Assembly: GCA_032718475.1 (NCBI GenBank)
Contig: JAUCBJ010000727.1
Coordinates: 1-64,000 of the forward strand
Direction: 5' to 3'
Length of the DNA stretch: 64,000 nt
Source of the DNA: Nemertoderma westbladi
Taxonomy: Eukaryota > Animalia > Xenacoelomorpha
This document shows, in pieces, positions 36,601 to 51,600 of the stretch. Each line of letters begins with the position of its first letter. Positions within the stretch are counted from its first letter, which is position 1. The notes beneath the pieces were generated by a model. It was not told the origin of the DNA, ran no database searches, and saw nothing but the letters and a program-made list of their open reading frames with translations. The position numbers and the translations under genes were made by a program.

Positions 36601-39600
36601 CCTTGTAATACTTAAGTATTAAGTACCATTTTTGGGACACCTATGATAATTTTGAGTTGAGTTTAAGAAACTTTCACTTTGTCGAATATAACACCATTTA
36701 GAAGTAACTAAATGGTATAATAAAGTAACAATAACACCAATACCCGGGGAGGGTTAAATCAAAGTCTAGGACTTAGACCATTTTGACCTTTCGACTTTTA
36801 GCAAACAAACATCAAGAGAAATGAGAGCCGTGACGGATAATTCTTGGTGGTCAATGTTACCCAGGAACTGACCAGCCTGTGCAAGCGTGATCGTGTTCTA
36901 TCGCGGCGGTAGGCGAAAGGAAATGTGATGGTGGTAAACCATTTTATATTCCTGGGACGGACGTCTGCTTAAAGATGCTGGTCTTGATAATGTAGATGAA
37001 TTTGGAATTTACATGGATGATGACGGCGGAAGTGTTTAGTTGTAGAGGCGGTAATGCATCATAATGGTGGCCGATGCATGTATGTAACTCTGTGGAACCG
37101 TCAACACCGAAGAATCCATCGTTGGCAGGGATCATCTTTAGGCCCATTCATCGGCATTCATGTTTGGTATGCAAGAGTGGCATTCAGAGAGCATGATAAA
37201 TCCTCGGTTATAAGTTATATATGTCGACTTACAAAAAAATATCAAGGACTTCTTACATAGGGCACATGTATCTATCTACCAACAAAATTCTTTCAATCAA
37301 TAATTATATCAATAATGGCATAGGGTTTGGATAAGTGTAAGGGTTGATGGATCCATTGCGATAGTGGGGAGGATACGCTATCAAATAATGGATCTGAGCT
37401 TACGGCTCATACTCATAAGTGGTGTGCATCTTGATATCGTATTTAGTACACACGCGACATAAATAAAACATACCCTAGCCACCAATTATTATACACACAC
37501 GCATGCAATATAAGCCTAGCGCAGGTCTTTATACTTTAGTTTGATAATATGAATAAGCCCGAGGGTATTTACCAGTTATCTACTAGTCTCGGCTAAGTGA
37601 TTACTTATTTTGTAGTTGTTAAAGGTGGATTCACAGCAGTTAGCATAAAGTATGGGTTTGAGTGATACTGCATTCACACCATCTATCTATCACAAAGCAA
37701 AAAGTAAAGTGAATAGCACAAACTCAGGTGATCACATGAAATACTAAAATTTAAAGTGAATAGCACAAACTCAGGTGATCACATGAAATACTAAAATTTA
37801 AAGTGAATAGCACAAACTCAGGTGATCACATGAAATACTAAAATTTAAAGTGAATAGCATGAAATCTGAAAGCATAAACTTAATTCAGGTGATCACCTCA
37901 GTCGTGCGATTCACCTGAAATAGAGCTGGTAGCAGATAGTAGGAGCAATATATTTTTCTTTCAGGTGAACTGAGATTCTAGGCTCGTGATTGGTTCCCAT
38001 TATTTACACCAGACCTGGGGGGAATGTTCAATTATTGCATGGTGTGTATTTTCCTATTTATTTTTATAAACTATAATACTGGTATTAGGCCTACTTTGTA
38101 CACTGTGCAATATAGCAATTAGCAATGCAAGTCATAGGGATAGGTACCACATTGCGATAAATAAACGTAAGCAATAGTGCGATGATTCTTGGCTGCCATG
38201 GGAACCGCTTGTTGTAGAAATACAGAGCTATCCAATACCCTATGACCAATCTTTAAAAAAAATCTTTAAAAAAAAAATATCTTTAAAAAAAAATCTTTAA
38301 AAACTGCCGCGCTAAGGATGAAGTTTGGGCGCAACTAGCTCAACAACTTAAAGATGAACCTGGTTGGTCATCGAGCTGGGAAGTTTTAAAGGCTAAAGGG
38401 AGCAAGGGGGGTGGATTTCGGGATCGTTACATGAAAGATAAGGCGAAGGGAAAAAGAACTGTGAAATCAGGGACAAGTACCAAGGAAGTTTATGTTAGCG
38501 ATTGGGGTTTGATGGGGCCTTGTTCTTTTCTGGGGGAAAAATTTAATCATAGGAAGACATCAGGATATCTGTCCAGTGACGATCCTCACAGTGAAGGGAG
38601 CAGTAAGGAAGACCTTTCGGTATTGGAAGAGATTGTCCCGCCAGCGGAAGTGGCTACTCCGCCCTATGAAGATAGAGCGACCACATCGTCTGGGAGCAAG
38701 TGTGTTCGTAAAAAACACAAGAAAAACTCAAGTGTTAAGGAGATTGAACTCCACGAGGTAATTAAGGGAAAATTGGTGGAAGGGACAAGCTCCAAACATT
38801 TTCGGGAAACGTGTTGCTTCAAAGTGCCGTGCCTTATCAGCTATAAAAAAAATAGGAGAAATTTATTCGTTATTAACCAAGGCCCATCTGGCAGATATGG
38901 CAGTGAAGGCTACTAATACTACTGGTATCCTAACCACTACTACTACTACTAGGATCGGCATGCTGCATTGCAGCTGCATTTTTAAGAATGCTGTGCCGGC
39001 TTGTCGACAAAATTGCGCCACCACAACTCCCTATCACCCATGACATTTGCTAGATCATCCGCATATTCAAGGCCAGTATCCTTTAAGATGCGTCGTCCTT
39101 CAAAGTGGAGGCGGCTTTGTTCTAGTGTCAAGCTTGGGGGAACCAATGAGACATCTCTAATGTTATATAGTATAAAACAACAGGATATCAGTTAGAAAAA
39201 ATCTGGAGCTCTTATAACGCCTGTTCGTATATTAATATACTTAAATGTTACTAGTTACTTACATCAACCATCACCGCTACCGACCAATCAATTTCACCCC
39301 TCGGGACATCTTCAGGGTCATAGGTACCCGCCACAAAAATATACAAAATATAAAAATATAAAAACAACTAAACTAACGCTAAAAAACTACACACCCGTAT
39401 AAGCCTACTACATACAGACATGATACACCAGACAACCCCCATGTAGTTCGGGGCTACATACTGACATAAGTACATAAGTAGCGAACCGTGCCACCTAACA
39501 CTGTCTGATTGTTATGTGAATGTATGTTATAGTTATGTTATATATACTATATATGTTATATAGTGTCTGGTTGGAGATGTGTGCATTGTACTTGACACAG

Positions 39601-42600
39601 TGAACCCGGCGTAGCATTTTTGTTAATGTGCCATCCAGAGATTTGGTGTTCTCAACAGTTAGAGCCCAGCATGGACTCCCATAGATAAGTACTGGAACTA
39701 CTGCTGCTCTAAATAATCGGACCTTAAGTTTCCGATTAATTCTCTGTGACTTCCAAATCCTGGAAAGCTTTTTCAAGGCTGCCCATGCCTATCCCTTACG
39801 TATTCGAAGTCTCACTGACTTCCATATCCATGATCCCAGGTAACAGAAGTCGTCCACATGCTCAAGCATACCATCCTTTGAGCTTATGCTCATCCGGTCA
39901 GAGACTTGCTGATGACTTTCAAAGTTAACTGTCTAAATTTTGGTATTTTTGGAGTTAATAAAAAGACCAATATTATACTAGAAGCAGCATGTTATAATGA
40001 GCTGAGGATCCGTTGGGCTCCCTCTAGTGATTCTGAGAGTTCTCCTAAGTCATCAGCAACATGCGTAGAACATAGTCAACCACAATTATGAACAAGAATG
40101 GTGCAAGTGTGTCTCCCTGGAAGACTCCCCATAACACTTCAAATGGTTCTGTGTCACCGTCAACAGTAGACACAAATGTTGTCTAACCATGGTATACTGA
40201 TCGGATTACTGCTATAATTTAATCAGGAATCCCATATAATGAAAGTATACTGAACATACGTGAGCGAGAGACTGAATCAAATGCCTTGGAGAAGTCAACA
40301 AAGATAACAGTTTTTTATAATTCTTAAATTATCCTTCTAAGTGCCAAAATGGGCTCCATGGACCCAACTACCTTTACGGGACCCATTCTGATTTCCACGA
40401 AGCAGCCTCTCAATGGGATCCCTGATGCGAGTTAATATAATTCTATTGTATAGCTTTGCAGCAATCGAGATCAATGAGATTCTCCGAAAAGAACCATAGA
40501 GTGTTAGGTTGCCCTTCTTGGGAACTGGCACCAACTTCATTCAGAACTTCATTTCTTGTGGGACTCTTGTTGTTCGGTACATGTCTACTATGATGGGATA
40601 GATGAGCTTTAAACACTCAGGTATTTTAAAGACCTCAGGGGGAACACCATCTACTGCACTGGCACGATTGGTGTAAATGCTCTTTGCAGCAGCCTTCACT
40701 TCTGCAAAGGATATATTGCCAATGGAATAGCTGGGAGTACAGACTCAGACACTAATATTTCTATAAAGTTATCGGGCAATACCCTGTTATTATTGAGGAG
40801 CTTTTCAAAGTGAGCCTTCCAACCATTGAGGCGATCGGCTAGTGATTCTACCTTAACCTTGGTGATTGGTTGGCTTTTCCGCCCAGTAAGCAAGTTGATC
40901 GATTTCCATGCCTGGGATGATAGCCTGCTGTCGTCGGCATCAATAATGGCATCAACCTGTTGGTTTATTAGCTCCTGTAGATTAACAGAGTACTGCTTGT
41001 TCAGGGACCTAGGTGCAGCCTTAACTGCATTCTTGGCCGCTGTAGTCTGTTTGAGACGGGACTCATTCTGCGTATTATAGAGGTTATTTCAGCACTTCTG
41101 AATTTTGTTGTCAGTCTAGGGGGCCCTTTTCCTGTTTCGAGGGTATACAGGAACTGTTTCTGCAGCTGCTAACTTAACTGCTTCTGTGAAGGCAGTATAG
41201 CCCTCGCAGTGATCTGCTGCCTCAGAGGCAAGAACCTCATACCTGTTGCTCAGCTGTAGTGGGAAGCTGGATCTCACACTTGGCTGTTGCAACAGAGAGG
41301 ACCAGTCATGCCGTGGCAAGGCATATTTCGTTGTTGTGCTAGCTCGCAGACTAAGTCTTACCTTGGCACAATAAGGCGGAGATCAATGGAGAAGGATCGA
41401 AGTGTAAATGCATTACAGTCTTGTATACAGCTCCTGTATTTCCTACGAAACAGAATATGGTCTATCTGGGAATTGTGACCACTGGGTCCACTATGAGTCC
41501 ATAGCTTTCCAGTTCGCTTCTTGAACTGGGTTCCAATTCCAAACAATCCATTTCCAGAGATGAAATCCTGAAGATGGACGGAATTTCGGTTAACACTATC
41601 GCTATAGACCCAGGGCTATGTAGGTGATTGATGCAGACTTGCATTAATTAAAGTCTTCCAGGAATGTTAAGAATGCATGCTCATCCACTCCATCAGTAGC
41701 TGCTTGAAGATTGTGGTAGAAATTTTCCACCTCCTCTACAGGGGCAACACTAGTTGGAGAGTAGCACACAATCAGAACCACCTTAGGAAACTTCTTAGCC
41801 AGTCTTCCAGAACATGAGAAATGGCAACGGATGATGCGGTTAGACATTAGGTTTTTTTTGTCCAATGTTGCATGTGCAGTTGGATTCACCAATCGACCAA
41901 TTCCAACAATGCCATTAACATCTGCTGATGCGAGGGCGAGTCGCCAACCACCCCCCATGTCCTTAATCAGAACCTCATCAGTCTGTCCAGTCTGCATTCC
42001 GTGCTCTTGAATACCCACTGCTCTAAGAGAACGCTTATCCGCTTATCTTGTCACATTGGGGACACGAGTGTTAGGGTGTGTTAACTGAGACTAGTCGGGT
42101 GACTTGCCTCAGATTCGCCAGTGGCTTGGTTGGTCGGGGTGGAACATGAGAGTAGCCTCCAACTCCAGAATGCCCCCCCCCCCCCCCCTCACCCAGGGTT
42201 TGGGCCAGAAAGGTCATGAGGAACGGGACTCACAGAATTGTTGGCCGCTCTCTCTCTCCAGTAGGGGGTAAGACAGGCAGCCGGTCAGGAGATAACTGAC
42301 GTCTGTGAGGCCAATTGTGTCCGGTAATTCCACTGGCCTCAAGTAGTCGGACCTCCGCATTACTAATGTAATCCATAGTGGGGGTTGGGGGGTGCTTTTT
42401 TGCCGAGTCAGCTCTCGTGGCAAATACCACAACCGGGTTGGCCATTCCACAGGGTGGGTGTCGCAGTGGAGTCAGATATGAGGCCCATCACCAATACCTA
42501 CTCTGACGCACATGACCCACCATTGCCCTTGAAGCTCATCTGGTGGGCCATGCCCTGTACCCCTGCTGCCAGGTGCAGGTCGCAGTAAAGTGCACTCAGA

Positions 42601-45600
42601 GTGTGGACATGAGAACACTCTACTCCTGACCAGCCATTGGTAGATCACCATCTGCCTGGCCAGACCATATACCCATGCAGCCAAGTACCTGCAAGTCCTA
42701 ACCAGCAAGTGTGTTAATACAACAAGCAGTGCCTTGCCTGTCAATCCCCCACTTTTATTGGCATAAGCCCATTCGCCCATGAGTAATGAGCAGTTTCAGT
42801 TACCGGTAGAGGAAAATGAAATTTATTATTGTTCAAATATACATGGCGGCAACATGTGGACATCTTAGCGAATTGTGGAACGTTGCCCCGGACTGAAGCT
42901 AGATCTGATAAGCACAAACAGCAGGAGTAACATAGTTTCGCGGTCAACCCCAAGTAGATGTTATTGTAGGTTAGACAGGCCCTCCCGTTGACGTATAAAA
43001 TTATGTAGAACACAAGTTGTCTTTACTGCATTTGAAGCATTATATGGGTTCATATGCATTGTTCGAAAGTAAATACGCCATTTATGGGTCAGAATGCCAA
43101 AGGCGTTTTCTACAATTCTTCTAGCTCGGCTTAACCTGTAATTGTATCTGTGTCAATATATGATAGGTTTGATCCTGCATAAGGTCTCATGAGGCAAGAA
43201 GTCAGAGGAAAGCCTTCATCACTAACAATTACATGAGGCATAAGGGTTCCTCCTGCAAACAATTCTTTTATCAGGTGGATGGTGCTGTCCAAATGCTGAA
43301 TTCCTGAATACGCCACTATCATGTGTTCTCCAAGATTGTTCCTTTGAAGAAACAGCGGTTTCACCCAAATAGATGGCTTATTTTGGTTTCTTCGTCGTAA
43401 AATTATTGTTGATGGGGGTTGACAATGCCAATACTGGTAGCCCTACCGCCAATTCTTTTCTAACGGCCATTAAAATTATAATAAGATACAATACTGTGTA
43501 AAGTTTGTCTCATGCTTTGTGGTGTGAATGAACATTAAGCATGGGTCATGTGATCACCCGAGTGAAGTGAGTCGCACGATAATTTAAAGTGATCAGAAAG
43601 CAATTTTCATGAGATTCACTTAAACTCATGCTTCATACTACCTGGTGTGAATCCACCTTTACCACAAAAGACGAACAAACATTCGTGTTTAAGTAAAGAC
43701 AAGTAAGAAATATTATTCGATGTAGTGAGGGGAAGACTTTCCCTCAATACTCTACAATTGATCAACTGATTTATACATAATTCTATGGGAAGTATGATAT
43801 CTTGTGCGACAGTAACTGTTCAGTTCATAAGTTCTACTGTTTTATAAGTGTTTGGAGTTGAACAGGGACGCCAGTGTTATACAGAAGTTAGAACATGCTT
43901 CTTGGAATGACTGAGCGCATCGATGTGATGGCATTCCAAGAATGAAGTTACTTAAATACGACCAGCAACCGACACTACCTGCCCCCCCATGCTCTCCATT
44001 TCAATCAGAACAATATATTGCTAATGGATGTATACGTTGTACACAGCCATCAACGATTATGGCAGTCCAAGGTTAAGGGCTTTTCAACGTGTAACATAAT
44101 TATAGATCGTGTCTTTGTTTGAAAGAAGTTGCTTTATTATAATGTAATGGTTAGTCCGCTACGACATGAGATATGTAGCAGTAATCTAATTGGTACAATA
44201 CAATAGCGCGCGAATTAACCTTGAAGGGTCTCTATTCTTGATATATTCTTACGTCCTAAAAAAGTGTCATTCATAGTGGCGATCACCAGCCAATGCCGGT
44301 CAATTTATCGCAATAATATTCAATATTAAGTCTACTATACTATTACTACTACTATCGGGGCATCGGCATGCTACATTGCAGCTGCATTATTTATAGTACA
44401 TATCTATTAAGAATGCTGTGCCGGCTTGTCGAAAAAATTGCGCCGCCACAACTCCCTATCACCTGTGTAGTCCCACGCGTTCAAAACGTTCGTTATAAGG
44501 CGGTGTATAGTTTATTAATCACGAATAACGACATTAACGAAACGGATATTATCAACGAATAATATCAATATCAATAACGCAAAACGGAGTTTTACGTATA
44601 AGGGCATACCAGTTTACCAAAACCTAGGTAAACATAATGCAAACGTAATTTACCGAGTTAACAGTATTTGTTTATTGAAACGAATAACGATTTAGTTTAT
44701 TAAAACTAATAACGAATTACCATTTACAAAAACGATCTAGCTTACCCAATCCTGGAGCTAAGAGCTAAGCTAGGAGTCGGTTCGAATATGAATATTTAAA
44801 TAACGAAATAAACTACAAATTTATCACTACTAAAACTAAAAACTTACATTCAAAGCTTTTATACTAAATAATTAACGCACTATAATAGTGTCACTAAAAC
44901 GAGTGTCCAATCGCAGTAAAGGTTGTATCTCATATTCGTATACAGTAGTTTAATGCCCTGTTTCTGACAGTTTTACAGTTATGTTTGTTTACTAAAGTTA
45001 ATACTTGAGGGAAAATACCACATGCAACTAGTTTCCGGTCATCAACCATTTCTAATTTCCTCGCATTCCATCCTTGACTTGAGAACAATTCTGACAGAAA
45101 GGTTGTTCGTGTTTTCTCGGGACATGGCGCATTGTACAAAATTACATATAATATCATAATAAACACCATTTAGAGCACAACAATTTAACTTTAAATATCC
45201 TTATATCACTGCTATCAAAGCTAACCTACCAAAGTATTACAACATATTTCGGGTAAATGGTATATTTCATGCGACATATGAGCTGATCTCCACCCGCAGC
45301 TATGAAAAAAACATCAGTGATGTTTGACCTACCATGTGAAGGATACAAGGTTGTCACTTTTCGATCGACGTTTTATAGGGATTTTATATATAAAGAATTT
45401 GTATTTTGTAATTTCTCCATTATGCTTTAAAAGTGCTATTTTTTTCATACAAATAATTGTGCATGTTTTCAGTGAAAATGTATGGCATTCTTCACATTAT
45501 GGTAAACTGCAAAGTGAAATCCAAGTGAAAGTCTGGTATTTACATGGTCCAAGGAAATGCTCCAGAGTCAAACCAAAGTTAATAAGTTAATAATATTAGC

Positions 45601-48600
45601 ATTATTATAATCACCAAAAATCTCGTTTACATGGTTGGCCGGTTTCATTACGAATTTTAATGCAGCTGTCGCTTCTCCTCTTCCGACAGGATAATTGAAA
45701 TTGGATTTATTTAAAAGAATAATCGTGTGATTTGTACGACGTGAGGTAGGCCGGTTTACCAAACAACGATGCTTGTCTCCGGTTCAACTACTTCCCTCAG
45801 GATACGAGATCCACTTAAAACAACCGACATATGTTAATCGACAACAGACGAGACCATGAGTGGGCTCAAGCAAACGCAAACCGTGATACGTTATATGATC
45901 AATTTAACTGATGATATACGCATAATCCAGAATGCCTTATCGTATACAATAAACGCAATGGGCTGGGGTTCTTTTATTACTATTTTCGAATTTTCACCCA
46001 ACTATTTGATTAATAAAGGATTTGCACCTACCTACAAACACCATTAAAATAACGTGCCACCGTAACCTGCTCCTTTCCCTAAATTGCGAATTTAACATTG
46101 AGGCGGGATATTAATTCGCCAAGATGGGATTTGCGTCCAGTTCCCCCCCCCCCCCCCCCCCCCGTCACAAAAATTAATGTTCCTTATTTTCGATTCGATG
46201 TCACTATATTGCACAAGATGGATTCGATTCTGGACTCGACATTTTTAGATTATAGTAATTCTCCAACATAATGGAAACAATTCTTCTTCTTTGATATAGT
46301 ATACTGGTACTGTACAATTCAATTTGGATTAGTAGATTCACGTTATGTTTAAGCAGTAATTGTAAAAATGTTGCAGTGAAATTTGGTATTTGTATGTCAA
46401 ATCACCAAATATGATACATATTCATCAAAAAGCCAACATATACACGGAACATGGCTGTGCGGATTCGGTGACCGAAAACAAAAGTGAATTCGGTTTTGGT
46501 GAACAAAAAAGTTTCTGATATCGTATACACTATCACACAACCAGCTCTATCACTCGAACTATACAATGCCTTACACGCTCTTCTATGGTGCACGACTTTG
46601 TATAATATTCGGGATACTTCAAATTTCAAAGAACCGAGGTACCTTGACTTCCATAAGTTGTTGTGAACGAAGTACGAATAGTAAAATACCCAAGCAATAT
46701 ATATATATTTGAGTGTAAATACTTATATAAGTGGGGTGTGGCTGCCTCCCATATTATTATTAGCACAGTCGCGTCTGAGCCGTTCCCCGAAGAATTGTCA
46801 TAGAAATCTCTAAACTTCAGGGACTACTGAATCACATCGAGTGTAGCAACCGGAACGGGACTTACACCCAATCCAGAGGAACACGTGTTACCCGCGCACA
46901 ATTCAATAAAGAAAGACCGCCATAAAAACTGATCCTACGGACGTTGGACCTTATGTTCAATTTCCTCAAAAATATTGTCAGCAAATCGATAATAAAAAAA
47001 AATCTACCCTGGTATTGATTTCGGGATGCCGGTGAGTTGAAACGATCGATGTGCGAGTGATGGGAGGGACCTGCAGACAGGCCTATCTACTCGTAGTGGA
47101 ATACGTGCCTATCAATTCTATCTCTTTAGATCTAATCCAGGTGGGGCTTGCCCTGGGCATCGCAAATAACATGTGGCAAATCCACTTGAATGAACCATTG
47201 CGCGACCCAATATGTCATGTACCGGTACCTATCTACTATTTGTTTGTCTCTTGCCGCCACTAAACTGTGCTACATGAAGATTTAAATTTTGAATGACTAG
47301 TTTTACAATAAAACTGTCAGAAAAATTAGGAAACACAAATGTGCAACTCAGACGTTGGAAATTATAAGAATATCATATCATGGTTCTGAATTCATAAAAA
47401 CCACCTGTACAAATAATATAACTTAATACGCAGAATAATGCGACAAATATACACTCCACGACTCCACCTGCTGTATGGTGGCGGCATTGGAGATATAAAT
47501 TGTAGACATTGTCAACCACAGGAAGTCTTTATTCCATGACAACAAGTCATTAAAAGTTTTTAGAATTGCAACCTGAAAAATCCTGTAATTTCGCCAATTC
47601 ATGAACTTATCAGCAGCAGACCCAGACGTTTACATTATGCTCAATAAAACGCAACAGTGTTAAAAATGTGTCAAAAGAGCCTGCTTTGGGGCGTATAGAG
47701 ACATACATAAACGTTATACTGGCTGTGTGTACCAGTGTTGCAATTATAATTGAGCTTATCTTGGATTATGACTAGCAGTACAACATTTTATGCCATTCTG
47801 GGAGTATAGCAGGCAAACTTAACTCGTTTGATTGAGAATTACCTGCAGTATTTAGGGTGCAGTCAAGCATAAATCTAGGATTCTGGATAAAAAATTGAGA
47901 TTCCGAAAATAGCCAAGATGGTAAGTAATAATATTGATTTTGTAAGTGAGATCGATAGTACACCGAATATTTACTCATGTGAACCGATGACCCATTAACC
48001 CGTAAGTAATTTCAGTTTAATGAAAGCGGTAAAGCAAATCTATGATATAATGTTAATTTCACGCTTCTTTCAGAAAATAAATACAAAAATCGTCCAATAT
48101 TGCTCCGTATCTGAACACATAATTATAATATGAACAAAAGACGAAAAAGAAAAGGTCATTTCACGCTTCTATAGCTGAACAAAAAATATCATCTAAATGA
48201 ATGGAAGGGAGCAGAGAATCAAGCCATGACAGAGAGAGGTGGAGTAGAGATTGCGGGATCCTCTTGTATTCGTGAAGAAATGAATTCATTTGAAGAATGG
48301 AAGAGGCAATAGTCTGAGTGACTGAGTGAAATGGTTGTGATGCCCAAGGGAGCCGTAGAGAAGCAGCAATTTAATTACTGAGAGGGGAAAGCAATGCATG
48401 TCTTAGCGCGTTAAATTGGATTGCTTGTGAACAAACGTAAAGCTAAGTAGGAGATGACCGTAGCAATGCCAGATAGCGCAATGCCAAATGCAAGTCAGTG
48501 CAACTTGGCTATCATAAATTGAAAATCTGGCTCGCATTCACTCGCAGCAGATTCAGTGCGCCACAGTGAGTGAAATCTTATATAAACGTAATTAGTCACT

Positions 48601-51600
48601 GTGACTATGTAAACAGAATAACCGTATGATTATATTTATGACCACATGATAGTCGGTGAGGGAACTCCTCCGGCAAACGTCACCAGAGGGATATCTTTCG
48701 TCGAGTGGGTGAGATGTTCGAAAGACCCTTATACGATTCCACAGAGGCACTCTCTAGTAGAAATGGCTACCTCCCTTCCCACATGACTTCCGGTTTCGCT
48801 CAGGGAACCTGCCGTCGGTCCAACGAGTGGCCTGTCGAGGATGTGTGTTGGACCCCGCAAGCAGTGTAATAAATAAGAGGGTTCTTGTTGACTTGTAATA
48901 TAATGAATGGCATTTACTAGATAATATTGTATCACCAAGAATGCTATTGCACGTACGGTGCGAAGTAGCGTAATCACCAATAATACAATATAAGTTACAG
49001 TAATAACACGTTCGTGGGGCCTTCGCGCAGCACGAGGCCCAGTTATGAGATACAAATTAAAATTGAGCGACTGTATCACAAAATCAGGTTTTGAAAAATT
49101 TACCCACACCACCAATCAATCAAAGAAAGGGGGACAGTACGTGTTCACCCCTTTTAATCCCCCCCCCCACCCTTCCCAACCACCAATACATAACCGCGAC
49201 ATCTACCACCCACGGAAGGGTAGCACGAACTTATTTTCAATCGCACGTTCAATATGCAAAGCCAGGTGGTTTATAGGAATATAATAAACGCAGTACTCGT
49301 TTTCATTATAAGCCTCGTTGCGTTCGTCCTGTTTTGTATTTAAATATATTTCTTAAACGCAGGCTAGGACGTTCTTTATAATAATAATAACTAGGGATGC
49401 GATCAATATGTGAAGCCAGGTGGTTTATATAATAATTTAGTCAACGCAGTACTCGTCTTCATTATATGCCTCGTTGCGCTCGTCGCTTGTCCTGTTTTGT
49501 TATAAAATATTTTTCCTAAACGCAGACTGACGATCTTTATACAGTTATAACTATACGAAGTTTCGAAACTGTGCGAGTAACTGTTGATACATCTATGTAT
49601 GTGGAGATGTGTGATACAACGCCAACGCATCGTATGCTGATGTAGTAATATGGGTATTGAAATAATATTAAATTAATGTACACTCTTAAAGCTGCAGCGA
49701 AAAAATGTAGCTAATTTCCTAGGTTACATATAAAATAATAATATTATTTTTAAGAACATTAATTTTACTACTTTGCAAAAATTCAATTAAAAAATAACCA
49801 GACATATACATTGTGGAATAAACTATTTCAGAAGCCTACACAACAGCCATGCCATGGATTGTATTTATGTTATTTTATCTGTCATTTACCTGAGATAGCA
49901 ATACAACACTTATAGTAGAGTCAATGTTGGGATGTTGGATTTAAAGAATGAATGCTGTCTGGGCTGGAATAGCAATACTGGTTGCCTATTACTATTCCTC
50001 TCTGGTTAGTCTACAGCCTCAACTCCCAGCCAGCTAGCTCCACACCAGCAGAGACTTGACCAATAATCATTCCCAGCAACTAGCTGCTTTACACACACAT
50101 CCTTCCATCGTACCAGCATGTTGGCCAATAAATGAGCAGTATTTAATGAGAATCAATTTTTTTTGCCGTTTTAATTACTTTAGATCAATTAAAGACACAA
50201 TTATTAAAGCAAATCACTTGAACTAATTAAAAACTATAATAGAATGGGGTATGTGGATTACATCTGTATAATTTTTAATTATAATTATTTAAATCTTATA
50301 CTGTAAAACAATTAATTTCCTTTAAAAGGCAGGTTGAAAATGGTGTTTTTACCGTAATAACTTAATTAACTAATTAACTGCTATTATCTTAGCTTCTCGA
50401 AGGCCACACGGAAATTCTACTTGGAAAATTTCTAAACTTTTGCCAAACAACATGTGTACCAAGTTTGGATAGATTTCATCAAAGATTGGCCGAGTTATTA
50501 ACGTTTAAAATTGAACGCGACAGAACGACAGAACGACAGGTTGATTAATGGTACCACTACGCTAAGGCTCACTCACTTCGTGGCTCGCCCCACATAAAGG
50601 TAAGGAGAGAGGTGCCATTTATTGCAGAAATGCACCCACGGAATAAACTAGTTTCATAAAACATAATCTTATATACCGCAATAAATTGGCACCAACATCT
50701 GACTACTCTCCCATATAGGTTACACCTTCACCTTTCGTATACAAATTGCTAGCTACTTCCTCTCAGCCGTGAGTGACCTGGTATTTCCCCTATGTACTAA
50801 TGAATTATCCCCTTCTATAGTAACGAATAACCAAATGCATTGTCCTCACTGTATTATTCTCGGTTATTCTCGTTTATCATGTATTCTCGCTTATTCTCAA
50901 ATCTGATTGGCTAAACAATAGGGTGATATCACTGTATATCACCCAGCTAAAGCCAAAATACCAAATGTAACTAACTATATTAACACTCCTAGTACAAAAT
51001 TCTAGAACTTACACATTTATTGTTGTGTTTTGACATTATTTTTTGCACAGTCTTCCCCAAGTTGAAAGAATTTATATCCATTCCCAACTGATTTAAATCA
51101 CTTTTGTGTCTAATTAGTCGAGTTAATCTAGCAAAAAACCCATTAGTATTTCGCAATCAATCCGAACCACACATTTTGGATTCTGTATTACCTTATTAAT
51201 GACCAAAAAAAAGACTATAATATTTTATTTTGCGGATCATATGTTTATTCATGGAAATTCTGCGTAAATTTGCATAACACAAGCCAAACAAAAGGAACAG
51301 TAGGGAAAAGTAAGTAGCAAATTGGTGATGTTCCAGAATAATTTAATTAATTTCACAATAAGCTGTGATTCAATGGGAAATTAGTAATATTTACACTGGC
51401 GTGTTACACATTAATTGCTATATCTCGGAAACTAGAAGTCGCATCCAATTTTTAAATATATCAAAAATTTTACGACATATTAAGGTAACTGTTGTAAAAA
51501 AATCAGACATTTCCACTGCAAGGAAATTTCTTAATTTCCTTTAATGTTAGTGAAGATTTTTCACATAATTAAATTGTGATTACTCTATTGATTTTAGGTG

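Larger units (their letters stand above)
38937..42695 (-). mobile_element. Near full-length decayed RTE-clade LINE (APE endonuclease + RT)
   Basis: Endonuclease motifs GIQE, CYSPT, EDFN, QIDHIL; RT motifs PVPKKG...ISLISIAAKLYN, FVDFSKAFDS, QGDTLAPFLF, ADDL; (TAG)n tail; 9-bp TSD TCCTAACCA at 38928-38936 and 42696-42704; many stops and frameshifts. Confidence 0.9.
37623..43658. mobile_element. PIF/Harbinger DNA transposon (defective), interrupted by a LINE
   Basis: About 43-bp imperfect TIRs AGGTGGATTCACA... / ...TGTGAATCCACCT with TAA and TTA flanks; convergent MADF and DDE nuclease remnants. Confidence 0.88.

Noticed and set aside
37706-37860. 47-bp direct repeats that could suggest a CRISPR array
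   Set aside because: Head-to-tail with no spacers, no cas genes, eukaryotic context, and located in the Harbinger subterminal region.
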